Assembly (NCBI RefSeq): GCF_006345805.1 | Contig: NC_042999.1 | Coordinates: forward strand, 101,184,001-101,248,000 | Direction: 5' to 3' | DNA from: Octopus sinensis | Lineage: Eukaryota | DNA length: 64,000 bases | Part shown: piece after piece, positions 63,771 to 64,000 of the stretch | How the letters are laid out: every line of letters starts with the position of its first letter | Numbering within the stretch: the first letter of the stretch is position 1 | Translations under genes and position numbers: made by a program | Notes under the pieces: model-generated | The model's input: the letters and a program-made list of their open reading frames with translations, nothing else | Database searches by the model: none | Told to the model about the DNA's origin: nothing

Positions 63771-64000
63771 AAGAACACTTATTATTTTATTATTCATTAT
63801 TAGTGCTGTCATCTTTACTTATGCCACAGTCTTGGCATTGATGTCTGTTAATTCCCCTTCAACAGTAGTTATCCAATGTAAGGTTAAAAAACTTTTGCTA
63901 TTGACTAAAAGCAAAGACAATACAAATAGTAGTGTCAATGATCTCAACCAAGTTATTCAAAACGGTAATTTTTATCAAATACAATATTCTTGACAATGAA

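Overview
AT-rich, gene-poor, microsatellite-dense animal DNA. The repeat families look like those of an octopus or other coleoid cephalopod; this is an inference from remembered repeats, not a database result. I found no supportable host protein-coding gene, rRNA, true tRNA, CRISPR array or prokaryotic system. Most ORFs in the supplied track are translations of microsatellites or antisense frames of transposons. The window is a nested transposable-element graveyard: three tRNA-derived SINE families, about 12 RTE LINE 3' ends, R4/Dong-like LINE remnants, Penelope-like elements (two GIY-YIG types plus hammerhead-like pLTRs), mariner/Tc1/pogo remnants, several MITEs and foldbacks, and Helitrons. 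One Helitron is internally deleted, carries an RTE insertion and has a ~2.05 kb tandem duplication. There is a 100-N assembly gap at 22177-22276. The best leads are mechanistic: a repeated H-type-pseudoknot-like module in the RTE 3' UTR, a TSD-bounded chimeric retro-insertion, non-canonical hammerhead-like motifs, three Dong-like fragments sharing one 5' end, a templated inverted copy between two RTE tails, and a ~360-bp near-perfect palindrome. All sequence comparisons were made by eye, so boundaries are approximate unless a TSD or TIR fixes them.
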